Below, piece after piece: positions 46,398 through 55,342 of a stretch of DNA of 57,417 nt. The first letter of the stretch is position 1. Every line of letters starts with the position of its first letter. The DNA comes from a virus. Taxonomy: Duplodnaviria; Heunggongvirae; Uroviricota; Caudoviricetes. The position numbers and the translations under genes are program-made. Location: IMG/VR virus record IMGVR_UViG_3300028454_000679. One strand, 5' to 3'. Under the pieces are notes generated by a model that saw nothing but the letters and a program-made list of their open reading frames with translations, did no database searches and was not told where the DNA came from.

Positions 46398-47938
46398 AGT
46401 ACATTTACCTCAATAGCGATTTTATTATACTCACGTAAGTAAGGTGTAACTGTAATAGTAGAGCCGAACGGTATTCTGTAATCCTTAAAAGTGACATAAG
46501 AAACAAAACCCAGAGTATCATGGAATTCATAACGATAGCCGTATTTGGTATAAGCCTCCTTAAAGTCGCCCACCAACTTGCAACGTAAACGGATAAACCC
46601 TGTTGCATTATGAGCAAACTCATTGTAGGTTGCAATGGCTCTCATATCTCTAGCATCAAAATGATCAGTATCAACGATTACATCACTGTAGACTTCTGTT
46701 GCATAACTTAACTCTGCGGAAATCTGTACAAGACTATCAATAAACTGTGCAAGGCTACCAATACCCAACTCGAATCCATGTGCGGAAGGATGTCCCCCTG
46801 CAGTACAGTAGTTGGATGTAATGCTAAGAGCATCAATATTAGTGTAACACCGGACACTACCTTTGTAAGCATTGTGAGCACGACAGATAACAATACACGT
46901 CCTCTTGTATCGCTCTGCAAGCTTGTTGGCAATAAGACCAGTATAGTTATATAATTTCTTCTCCTGAATAACATCCTCACTTGCGTAATCAGTAAGATTA
47001 CAGAAAACAAGGGATTCATACTCAGCCACAGAAACCACATCCGTGATAAGTTCAATAAAAGGTTTGGACTCCTCGTAAGTTGTCTTTATCTCCTTAAACA
47101 TAGCATGTGGGTCTGAAACATCTCGCTCAAGAAACAGTGCGTTTATAGCCCAAAAAGATTCTGCTCTAAAACAAGCATTAAGTTTAGGAGCAATATTAAA
47201 CTGCACGGTTCTTGCTGTAAGGTTACCACCCTCTTTTAAAAAGACAGAAATACATGGTGGGTATTCAATGCACGAAATCTGACTAACCTGTTTCCAGATA
47301 AATCGATTGAGTTTAGAGTTCATATGCATACAGTCAGCATAAAGGCTAACGATAGCATAACAGTAAATGTCGGAAAGCTGACTTACATGCAGACCAGCTA
47401 TCTCTGCAAGCTTTGATGCAACACAGAGGCACAAGCCACCTGCACTAAGGCATTCGTAGTCCTCGCAGGTAGCTTTCTCCAAAGTCGTGTTTAACAAGTA
47501 AACATTCTCAGGTAAGTCGGAAGTACGTAAGCTGATAGCATGATGGTCAATAACAAACACACTGCCACACGCATGAGCAATACGAGTGAGATTTACAAGG
47601 TCCTCAACTGAAGACCCAGTATCAGTCACAATAACAACATCATACTTACGCTGAATACACTCTAAAGCAAACAACTTATCCAACTTATGTGTACGGGATT
47701 GATACTTATAGCTAGAGACAATTCCATCACAAAGCCTATGAGTAATATCAGTCATAATACAGTTGCACATAAGACCATCCACATCATAGTCACCATAAAT
47801 ACCGATGGTTTCTGCATTAAGTAAATCAGCGTACAATCTTACAGAAAAGTTCTCAAGATTCAACGTGTACGGAATGCTGTCTAACTCAAATAGCGTAAGG
47901 TCTTCCTTTTTGCAATACTTTAAAATGTCACTATACAT
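46394..47938 (-). CDS. recJ: RecJ-like DHH ssDNA exonuclease
   Basis: IYGDYDVDG, IVTDTG, VIDHH, LSAGG, IAPKLNA, GSVR, AGGH..A.G. Confidence 0.9.
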   Translation of the reverse strand: MYSDILKYCKKEDLTLFELDSIPYTLNLENFSVRLYADLLNAETIGIYGDYDVDGLMCNCIMTDITHRLCDGIVSSYKYQSRTHKLDKLFALECIQRKYDVVIVTDTGSSVEDLVNLTRIAHACGSVFVIDHHAISLRTSDLPENVYLLNTTLEKATCEDYECLSAGGLCLCVASKLAEIAGLHVSQLSDIYCYAIVSLYADCMHMNSKLNRFIWKQVSQISCIEYPPCISVFLKEGGNLTARTVQFNIAPKLNACFRAESFWAINALFLERDVSDPHAMFKEIKTTYEESKPFIELITDVVSVAEYESLVFCNLTDYASEDVIQEKKLYNYTGLIANKLAERYKRTCIVICRAHNAYKGSVRCYTNIDALSITSNYCTAGGHPSAHGFELGIGSLAQFIDSLVQISAELSYATEVYSDVIVDTDHFDARDMRAIATYNEFAHNATGFIRLRCKLVGDFKEAYTKYGYRYEFHDTLGFVSYVTFKDYRIPFGSTITVTPYLREYNKIAIEVNVL

Positions 47939-47940
47939 AG

Positions 47941-50211
47941 TTACCCCTTCTTAATTCTGTTAAATACTGAGTCCAAATAGGACTGTTTTACAAATGTAAC
48001 ATTAGACATTTCACTCTCTTCCAAGGTTCCTTCCTGCTCTGCTTCCTCTTCTGGAGCTACCACAACCTCTTCAGGGATTGCTTCAAGTTTTGTTACATTT
48101 AAATTGATATGTGTAGACTCCTGCTCATCAGGGAAATCCAAGTAATCTGAGAAAATATTGGAAGCTTCCAAACTTTGCTTAGGCTCTTCTGCAAGTATAT
48201 CACGTACAAAAATACTCGGAACTTTCTCTGAGTAGTAAATTCGCAGAGTGTTCTTTGACCGAGTTAGAGCAACATACCACAGGCGTACCTCAGCCTCCTT
48301 CAGTTGTTTCTTAGTTTCATCGTCATAGGCTGATGCATCAATACTGTCAAAGTTTGGGAATACACCATCATCCATGTCCATAATGATGACATGATTATAC
48401 TCAAGACCTTTCAATGAATGCATGGTGGATAATGCAAGACCAATATGAGAGTCATTATTCACAGTAATAGTATTCTGCTTTTTTGAAATCTCCTTGTAGA
48501 ACTCAGTGTATTTCATTGTGGTCTTAAAGAAGTCCGAAATTCTAGCCTCCATATAAGCATCCACACCAGTAGGATTCTGGCGTATCTTGTAATCCCAGTA
48601 GTACTTCTTCAGTAGAGGCATAACCTGAGTAAAGATAGCACCTACAGAAAGTGTCTGAAAATTCTTAGATAGCTTTGTAAGTAAATCCATAATCTCAGAG
48701 AAACCAGAAATACCTCTTAAATTGCCATAGTCATACTCTGCAAAGTGTTTTGTATGTGAAAGGTTCGAGAAGCTATGAGTTGATGGATTAAATCCAAAGA
48801 CATCATAGACCTGCTTACGTTTCACCGGCAACACCTTGTAAAGATTGATAGCCAACTCTGGCTCATAAGGTGACTCCAGAATGTTATAAATGTCAATAAG
48901 ATGACCAAACAATTCATACTGAAATGCACTGAATCCTGAGTTAATATGAAAATCTATATCATTCAACATGAGTTCCCAGGAAACTGCATAAGAGATATAA
49001 TTATTTCTATAACAGATTGTGCAGCTCTCTCTAGGGTCTAAGGTTTTGAGATAGTTAATCATATTACCTATCTCACCCTGTAAAGACTTATATGGAACAA
49101 GTTCAATCTCACCATCAGGCTTACACCCTTTTATATCCTTAACAAAACGATAATCATTCTTAGAGACTGCTTTCACTGCTAAATCCAGAACGTTCTGTGG
49201 GCACCGTCTATTGGTACCAACAGAGTAAATATGAGCATCTTTAAAGTTCTCTTTGAAATTAAATAAGTCCTTGATATTAGCACCTCTGAAAGTGTAAATA
49301 TTCTGGTCATCATCGCCAATAGCTACAAAAGGCGTTCCGTTAGAAAGAAGAACTTTGAGGATGTTCCACATAATAGGAGTAAAGTCCTGTACCTCATCTG
49401 CGATAACATACTCAAAGCTTGCCTGTATGCGCTCAAGAACATCTTTGTCCTCACTGATAAGCTTGTAAAACTTAATAAGCATGTCACAGAAATCATACCG
49501 TCTTTGAACACGTTTAGAATTGTCATAAGTTCTGAAGATAGCCTTCACAACATCGAGTGGATACTCCACATCAAGAAGTTTCGGATTACCTGCTAGCTGG
49601 TCTGGCTCTAAAAGTGACTCTTTCATATAGGTATACAGCGAGCAGAGGTCTGAAGCCTTACTCTCCTGAACACCCTTTCCAAGCCCCTGCATAGTAGCAG
49701 ACTCCGCAGTTGCCATCATCATCTGAGAGGCTGATGCTTCTAAAATATGGTAATTCACCATATTCAGCTTGTAAGTATATTCTTTACGCCATGCATCACA
49801 AAAAGAGTGTAGGGTGCATGTGTAAAGTGTTTCACTAAGGTTAAGACCGGAAACAGCAGCATTTATCTTTCTTACCATTTGAGAGTGCTTGTGTTTCAAG
49901 TCATCAACATTGTGTCTGTTGTAAACAAGACACAGAATACTGGTTCCTTGAATCTTACCTTTTCCAGAACGTGCTGGTCTGTAAATCTTCTGCTGTATAG
50001 CTTTAATCTGAGCCCAGGTGGTTTTACCTCCACCAGCTGTTGCGATAACTAACTCGCTAGGTGGTTCACACGCTGATGCTAATTTAATATCATCCTCCAT
50101 GTCAAAGCCTAAGATTCTATAAAGATTCTTAACACAAGCAACTCTCTGCTCATATGATGGAATATTATCATAATATTCTTGACACGGTACTTTTTCGATA
50201 TCAAAATTCAT
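47941..50211 (-). CDS. UvrD/PcrA/Rep superfamily 1 helicase with acidic C-terminal tail
   Basis: ATAGGGKTT, ADEVQD, IGDDDQNIYTFRGA, STMHSLKGLEY, EVRLWYVALTRSK. Confidence 0.93.
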   Translation of the reverse strand: MNFDIEKVPCQEYYDNIPSYEQRVACVKNLYRILGFDMEDDIKLASACEPPSELVIATAGGGKTTWAQIKAIQQKIYRPARSGKGKIQGTSILCLVYNRHNVDDLKHKHSQMVRKINAAVSGLNLSETLYTCTLHSFCDAWRKEYTYKLNMVNYHILEASASQMMMATAESATMQGLGKGVQESKASDLCSLYTYMKESLLEPDQLAGNPKLLDVEYPLDVVKAIFRTYDNSKRVQRRYDFCDMLIKFYKLISEDKDVLERIQASFEYVIADEVQDFTPIMWNILKVLLSNGTPFVAIGDDDQNIYTFRGANIKDLFNFKENFKDAHIYSVGTNRRCPQNVLDLAVKAVSKNDYRFVKDIKGCKPDGEIELVPYKSLQGEIGNMINYLKTLDPRESCTICYRNNYISYAVSWELMLNDIDFHINSGFSAFQYELFGHLIDIYNILESPYEPELAINLYKVLPVKRKQVYDVFGFNPSTHSFSNLSHTKHFAEYDYGNLRGISGFSEIMDLLTKLSKNFQTLSVGAIFTQVMPLLKKYYWDYKIRQNPTGVDAYMEARISDFFKTTMKYTEFYKEISKKQNTITVNNDSHIGLALSTMHSLKGLEYNHVIIMDMDDGVFPNFDSIDASAYDDETKKQLKEAEVRLWYVALTRSKNTLRIYYSEKVPSIFVRDILAEEPKQSLEASNIFSDYLDFPDEQESTHINLNVTKLEAIPEEVVVAPEEEAEQEGTLEESEMSNVTFVKQSYLDSVFNRIKKG

Positions 50212-50216
50212 AATAC

Positions 50217-51302
50217 TTATCCTTTCATTAAACTGATAATGTCGACACTATTTGGAGTGATAAGGGGATGGCATCCACCAAAGTAAGACATAAATCCAAG
50301 ACGGAATGCTTCCTTAACATCGACCTTGTCTGCTACATCATTGTCGCTGTAAAATACCTCTCTCTGCCTCATAGCACCTACACTATAGAAATTAGAAATC
50401 TCATAAATGTTCTCACCATCCGGCAATTCTGAAAACAGAAATGCATTTACAAGATCACTGCTAAAATGGCGACACTTATCATTGGGAGTTGGAGCCATAA
50501 AGATATAGGAGTTCAACCAACCAAAGGCATCCTTGTAATTTGTTACTGCTCTATGTGATGCTGCCTCATGTATCAATGGTATGGCATCAATTTCATAATG
50601 TATATCAACCTCACTGATAACAAAAGCTACTTCTCTAGTACCCTCCATCCAGAACAAGGTATTTCTGATAGTTGGGTAAATTGATTCATTCGCAAGAAGC
50701 TCTCTGGTAATCAGATAAAACTTATTGGTCATCTGCCCATATACTTCTTTCTGAGTCTTTAAGTCTCCTGCACACAAAAAATCCTCAGTATGCATATAAG
50801 GAATATCCTTTAGAGTGTAGACTTCCTGAATAGGCTTCCCTATATCATCTAAGTAAAACTTGAATCCTGAGATTCTCTGTTTACTTGTGTACCCACTATC
50901 CAAACAAACTTTCACAAGATGACTCATAGGTGCAGAGCGTACCTCATACATAACTGGATTCAGTGACTTTAGTAAATCCAACTGTAAATCAGCAGGAAGC
51001 TTATTGCAAAATTCTTTATACTTTGAAGCAACCCAAGTTATTCTATCAAGCTCTATGTCAATCAATGGTTGTTCAACAGTACTATTCAGCCTGCCAAGTA
51101 AGTACTGACGCAACGTATACAACAATGCAATATCAGACTTGGCGGTGTAAAGAATAGGCTTGCCTCCTTCAGATACTGGTAAAGAGTCAAAGTCATGTAA
51201 ACACTGTTTTACAGCATGTACTGCATTAAACTCTCTATTCATTTCCGGGAAATCCTTAATAGCAAAAAGTTGCTCAAATTGTGCTCTAAGTTCATCATTC
51301 AT
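50217..51302 (-). CDS. hypothetical protein
   Basis: 361 aa within the replication/repair operon. Confidence 0.8.
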   Translation of the reverse strand: MNDELRAQFEQLFAIKDFPEMNREFNAVHAVKQCLHDFDSLPVSEGGKPILYTAKSDIALLYTLRQYLLGRLNSTVEQPLIDIELDRITWVASKYKEFCNKLPADLQLDLLKSLNPVMYEVRSAPMSHLVKVCLDSGYTSKQRISGFKFYLDDIGKPIQEVYTLKDIPYMHTEDFLCAGDLKTQKEVYGQMTNKFYLITRELLANESIYPTIRNTLFWMEGTREVAFVISEVDIHYEIDAIPLIHEAASHRAVTNYKDAFGWLNSYIFMAPTPNDKCRHFSSDLVNAFLFSELPDGENIYEISNFYSVGAMRQREVFYSDNDVADKVDVKEAFRLGFMSYFGGCHPLITPNSVDIISLMKG

Positions 51303-51954
51303 GGTCTATAGTTTCCTCCAATTGTGTAAGACCTTCTTTATTAACTAAGTGAAACTCCCTGCGTGGGAGATGCTGATAAAGTGCGCTATTCTGTGCGACA
51401 AGTACAATCTGTAAACCGTCAGCAACAGACTTCGCAAGCATATCACCAATCATAGGAAGTCTTTCTTCACTACCAACACCAAAGGCTTCATCAATAAAAA
51501 CATTTGGTATATTGAGTCCTGTGACAAGTCCTTGAATAGCAGCATATCCAATAATATACTGCATAAGTCTCCCTTGACCTATCGTTGGTGTACTTATAAC
51601 TCCATCAGCATTCACTAACTCAAGACGAACCGTATCGGCTCTGCCTTTCTCAAAATTCAATCTAGCAATATAATTATGCTCTGGAAAATACTCTCTTAGT
51701 CGGAGAGTAATACTTTCATTCATAAAAGCAACACGCTCCTGTTGCATTTTATCGGAAATAGTTTGTGATGCTGTCATAATAAGATTTAATGCATCAACAA
51801 ACTTCTGATAATTCCTTGTTATTCTATCTAATCGTTCCTTCCTGATACGCAACTGTTCAATCTGACGATTGCTCTCCTCAACACTCTGAATCTTATTCTG
51901 TAAAGCACCAAGGTTGCCATGAAGGTAATTTAGATAACTGGTGTAATTTTTCAT
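51295..51954 (-). CDS. SbcC/Rad50 C-terminal half (coiled coil + ABC signature/Walker B)
   Basis: Coiled coil, then IGQGRLMQ (degenerate signature), VFIDEAFG (Walker B/D-loop) and QIVLVAQ (switch); no Walker A. Confidence 0.75.
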   Translation of the reverse strand: MKNYTSYLNYLHGNLGALQNKIQSVEESNRQIEQLRIRKERLDRITRNYQKFVDALNLIMTASQTISDKMQQERVAFMNESITLRLREYFPEHNYIARLNFEKGRADTVRLELVNADGVISTPTIGQGRLMQYIIGYAAIQGLVTGLNIPNVFIDEAFGVGSEERLPMIGDMLAKSVADGLQIVLVAQNSALYQHLPRREFHLVNKEGLTQLEETIDHE

Positions 51955-52937
51955 CTAAACACCACCTTTATATCACCTGGCAAGGTTATACGGATGAAGT
52001 ATGGAAATACTTCAAAGTGAAACTCACCTTGCTTAATAATAGAGAAAACTGTATGGAAGACTACATTGCTTATATCAATCTTCTCTAGTTTTATTTGCTT
52101 ATACATAACATCATTCGTCACTGTAAATGGTAACTTATAGTCAATAGCATTCTCTGAAACACAAACGCATTGTGTTTTAAAATCAAAAGTGAAAGTTGCC
52201 TTGGATGACTTCTGTAAAAAATTGAGAGCATTCGATACATTAACATCACACTCAAAAAGTTTGTCTTCCTGCATCTGATACATCTTTAGATACTCAAGAT
52301 TCGAATACCCATGTGCCTCGTTCAGTAGAGTCACATAATTACCCACGATACTTCCATACAGTGAACTGCTTCCGTTCCTTATCTGAAAGAGCTTAGAAGT
52401 CCCAACAAGTAAGGGAGTGTGTGGTAAAGCGAAAGAGGAAGAACACTCCGTACTCATAAGTACTGCGAATCCCTGCTGTGCCACAACGCTAATAATACCG
52501 CTATCAAAGTTTACTGGCCCTTTCATAACACCTGCCAATTTCGCCATAACTGTAGGTATGTTTAAGGAGTATGCATCACTTGCATTAAGATTGAGCAACT
52601 CATAGTAGCGGTTAGTGAAGGAATCATTAAGGGCTACTTCTGTTGAGCATATAACATTATGGTTAAAGATATTAGAAATTTGTAACTGCCTATCATTGAC
52701 AACAAATTTTAGATATCCTGTTGAGTAAACATTCTTCAAAACATCAAGTGATACATTAAAAGTTATAAACTCACCTGTGCACTCACTAGGCACTATCATA
52801 TCCTGTTTCCAGAAAGTGTTAATTTCAACTACATGGGTAACTCCATTGGTGTAGTAAAAGTCAATTGTGTCCGCTTTACATCTTCTGAGAAAAGAAAGAA
52901 AATCGCCTGTCGATTCTATTTTTAGCAATAGTTCCAT
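51951..52937 (-). CDS. putative sliding clamp (beta/PCNA-like), highly divergent
   Basis: 328 aa with a repeating helix/strand pattern; located among replication genes with dnaX in the same region. Inferred from context only. Confidence 0.4.
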   Translation of the reverse strand: MELLLKIESTGDFLSFLRRCKADTIDFYYTNGVTHVVEINTFWKQDMIVPSECTGEFITFNVSLDVLKNVYSTGYLKFVVNDRQLQISNIFNHNVICSTEVALNDSFTNRYYELLNLNASDAYSLNIPTVMAKLAGVMKGPVNFDSGIISVVAQQGFAVLMSTECSSSFALPHTPLLVGTSKLFQIRNGSSSLYGSIVGNYVTLLNEAHGYSNLEYLKMYQMQEDKLFECDVNVSNALNFLQKSSKATFTFDFKTQCVCVSENAIDYKLPFTVTNDVMYKQIKLEKIDISNVVFHTVFSIIKQGEFHFEVFPYFIRITLPGDIKVVFR

Positions 52938-53246
52938 TTACACATCACTCAACTTTCTCTTTGCATCTTCAAAAATAACCTCTATTGCATTCTGCACTTT
53001 CTCACAGAACACACCGTAAGCTTCTTTGTTAGTCTTTAAAAGATTGAGGTCCGTGTTAAGTATACTGCGAATATCAATACCCAGGCTTTCTGCCAAGGTA
53101 ACTTCCTCTGCTGTAATGCTTGAGAGCTGTTTACGTATTTCTGAAACACTCTCCTCATTCTTTGTCTGTGCCTGCTCATAAAGAGCTTTCTGCACCTGGT
53201 AAGCATTTCTCAATTCATTTATATCTTTTGTTGTAATATTAGACAT
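52938..53246 (-). CDS. small coiled-coil protein
   Basis: GGAGG RBS; helical, 102 aa, between Mre11 and the clamp-like gene. Confidence 0.75.
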   Translation of the reverse strand: MSNITTKDINELRNAYQVQKALYEQAQTKNEESVSEIRKQLSSITAEEVTLAESLGIDIRSILNTDLNLLKTNKEAYGVFCEKVQNAIEVIFEDAKRKLSDV

Positions 53247-54270
53247 TCTTTAATTCCTCCAACAAACTGATCAACTGTGATGCCTCATCATTCAGAATAC
53301 TTTGTAGTATTCTAACTGAGTAAGGGTCTGTTGATAATAATTCTGCAACCGCTGCAGCTGTATCCTTGTAAAAGATATCCTTAGTTTTGATGGCTACCTT
53401 CTGCTTAAGCTTCTCGTAATCCTTATGGTTCTTCTCAACCTCTACCATGTCTGCACTCTCTGCAATACTGGGCAGTGTAAAGTAATGAGGCTCAATTGAC
53501 TCCAACTCGCCATCCCTGACTAACACAATTGGTAACATTCTTTTGGGGTCAGTAGCTAAATCGCTCACACTCGTGCGACCTAAGGAACCTAGGAAACACA
53601 GTGTAGTACCTGCCTCTGTCTCATAAATACCCTGCATGGTGTGCATATGTCCAAAGAAGCAGTACTTGTACCCATTCACAAGTCCATCCTGTACTTGGTT
53701 ATCACTATGCCAAAGCTTACGTCCATTACGCTCTGCATCCTGCACGACTAATTTCGGGTGGTAGTCAAGATGGAACAAGCCTATAGAGGTTGTGTCTTTT
53801 TCAGGGGTCAAGGCAGGAAGTCCATAATGATTGAAATAGAAGGCAACATTACCATCCTGCAGAACATCAGGTGTATGCAAGATATTCTCTTTACCAGTAA
53901 ACACTGTCTTATATTTCAGGTTAGTATTTGCACGGTTTGTCTCCCACCCAGTGGCAAGCGTGTAAAACGGATTACCATGGAAGTATGTTAACTCATGATT
54001 TCCCACGACAGTGTAAACATTGCACTTCTTACTCAGCCTTGTGAACCACATGGCATCATTGATACCTTGCAAGACATTTCTATACCCTCTGTCAAAGACA
54101 TCCCCAAGAAACAGTAGATTCACGCTATCAACACCCCTACCTTTTAGACTGCTGATAGTACTCTCTATTTCATGTAATACAACATTCAACTCATTCCTGT
54201 AATCAATTCTAGCACGAATGTTCCTATCAGCTAGGTGAAGGTCAGTTATCAAGATATAAGCATTTGTCAT
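53239..54270 (-). CDS. SbcD/Mre11-like metallophosphoesterase nuclease
   Basis: ITDLH, LGDVFD, VGNHE, FGHMH, GSL.R motifs. Confidence 0.87.
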   Translation of the reverse strand: MTNAYILITDLHLADRNIRARIDYRNELNVVLHEIESTISSLKGRGVDSVNLLFLGDVFDRGYRNVLQGINDAMWFTRLSKKCNVYTVVGNHELTYFHGNPFYTLATGWETNRANTNLKYKTVFTGKENILHTPDVLQDGNVAFYFNHYGLPALTPEKDTTSIGLFHLDYHPKLVVQDAERNGRKLWHSDNQVQDGLVNGYKYCFFGHMHTMQGIYETEAGTTLCFLGSLGRTSVSDLATDPKRMLPIVLVRDGELESIEPHYFTLPSIAESADMVEVEKNHKDYEKLKQKVAIKTKDIFYKDTAAAVAELLSTDPYSVRILQSILNDEASQLISLLEELKNV

Positions 54271-55267
54271 GCAAAGCCACCACCTTTCCATGTACAGGAC
54301 ATTCTAAAATAGTGCTAAACTCCTCTAGCTGTCTTAGAATACTTTGTGCCTCTTCTTCATGCCTAGTAGCATCTTCAATAACTGGTAAAGTAAGCTTAGC
54401 AAGTAAACTGAAAGATTCCTCAGCCCTTACCAGAGTCACAGTACTTATTGAAGGAAGAGTAAGTTTATTAAGAAGACTAAAGTGCTCATCAGCACTCACT
54501 GGAGTCACAACACTAATTGCGGGAAGAGTAAGTTTGTCAAGAAGACTAAAGGCTTCCTCGTTAGGTGTAAACTCACCAGTAAAGATAAATGAGTCTAGTA
54601 TAGTTGCCAGATTCACTAACTTCTCAGTAAAGTTAGTGGACACCTGAAGGTAACTTTGGGCAGCCCTAAGACCTTCTAAATTCTGAAATTGATTAGCAGA
54701 CAATAGAGAATTCACTTCAACTCTTTTCTCTACAAGATTACTTTCAAACAACCCACACTGGGACGTCTGTGCTGTTAATCGCGACTGTAAATTCTCGATA
54801 ACATCATCATGGAGTAAAAGTTGCATAAGGTCATAATTAGTTCTTTGATTGGATGTGACAAGTGCCATATCTTGGTCACTGTCCAATACATTCGCAATAA
54901 AAGAATCATTAGCAAGTAAGCCTATATGCCTCAACTCCTCGAAAGTGAATCCCTCGCGATTCTCTAAATCACTGTCTGCATTCTGCTGATACACATACAT
55001 AACTGACGTTGGGAACACAGCAACTGAGTAAACCTCATCAGTATCAAGTGTAATAGAAATAAGTGCGTATTCTGCACCCCATCGTATAAGCTCTTTACGC
55101 TCCGCAGGTGTGTAAACCTTACTCGAGGCAAACAATTTAATCATTTTGAATAACACCGATTTGCCAACATTATTGTCCGCTACAATAACATTCAACTTAT
55201 CAGATGCCAAATCATAGGTAACATTGCCTAAAGATTGGCAATTTACTAAGTTAATTTGCTTAATCAT
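54242..55267 (-). CDS. SbcC/Rad50 N-terminal half (Walker A + coiled coil, ending at a Zn-hook-like CPVHG)
   Basis: MIKQINLVNCQS, LNVIVADNNVGKS, LIRWGA, DSDQ (Q-loop), coiled coil, ILECPVHG near the C-terminus. Confidence 0.8.
   Translation of the reverse strand: MIKQINLVNCQSLGNVTYDLASDKLNVIVADNNVGKSVLFKMIKLFASSKVYTPAERKELIRWGAEYALISITLDTDEVYSVAVFPTSVMYVYQQNADSDLENREGFTFEELRHIGLLANDSFIANVLDSDQDMALVTSNQRTNYDLMQLLLHDDVIENLQSRLTAQTSQCGLFESNLVEKRVEVNSLLSANQFQNLEGLRAAQSYLQVSTNFTEKLVNLATILDSFIFTGEFTPNEEAFSLLDKLTLPAISVVTPVSADEHFSLLNKLTLPSISTVTLVRAEESFSLLAKLTLPVIEDATRHEEEAQSILRQLEEFSTILECPVHGKVVALHDKCLYLDN
54378..54560 (-). repeat. 69 bp (23 aa) tandem repeat, about 2.7 copies, in the Rad50 N-half
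   Basis: GG(A/T)A(G/A)AGTAAG(T/C)TT recurs at 54384, 54453 and 54522; protein unit E.FSLL.KLTLP.IS.VT.V.A. Confidence 0.85.
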
Positions 55268-55296
55268 AAATAATACCCCAATTTCAAGAATAACCT

Positions 55297-55337
55297 AAAG
55301 ATGAGGCTACCCCCTAAAACTAGCGGATAGCCCCATC
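55297..55337 (-). terminator. Rho-independent terminator
   Basis: Minus strand GATGGGGCTATCC-loop-GGGTAGCCTCATC-TTT (with G-U pairs). Confidence 0.7.
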
Positions 55338-55342
55338 AAAAT

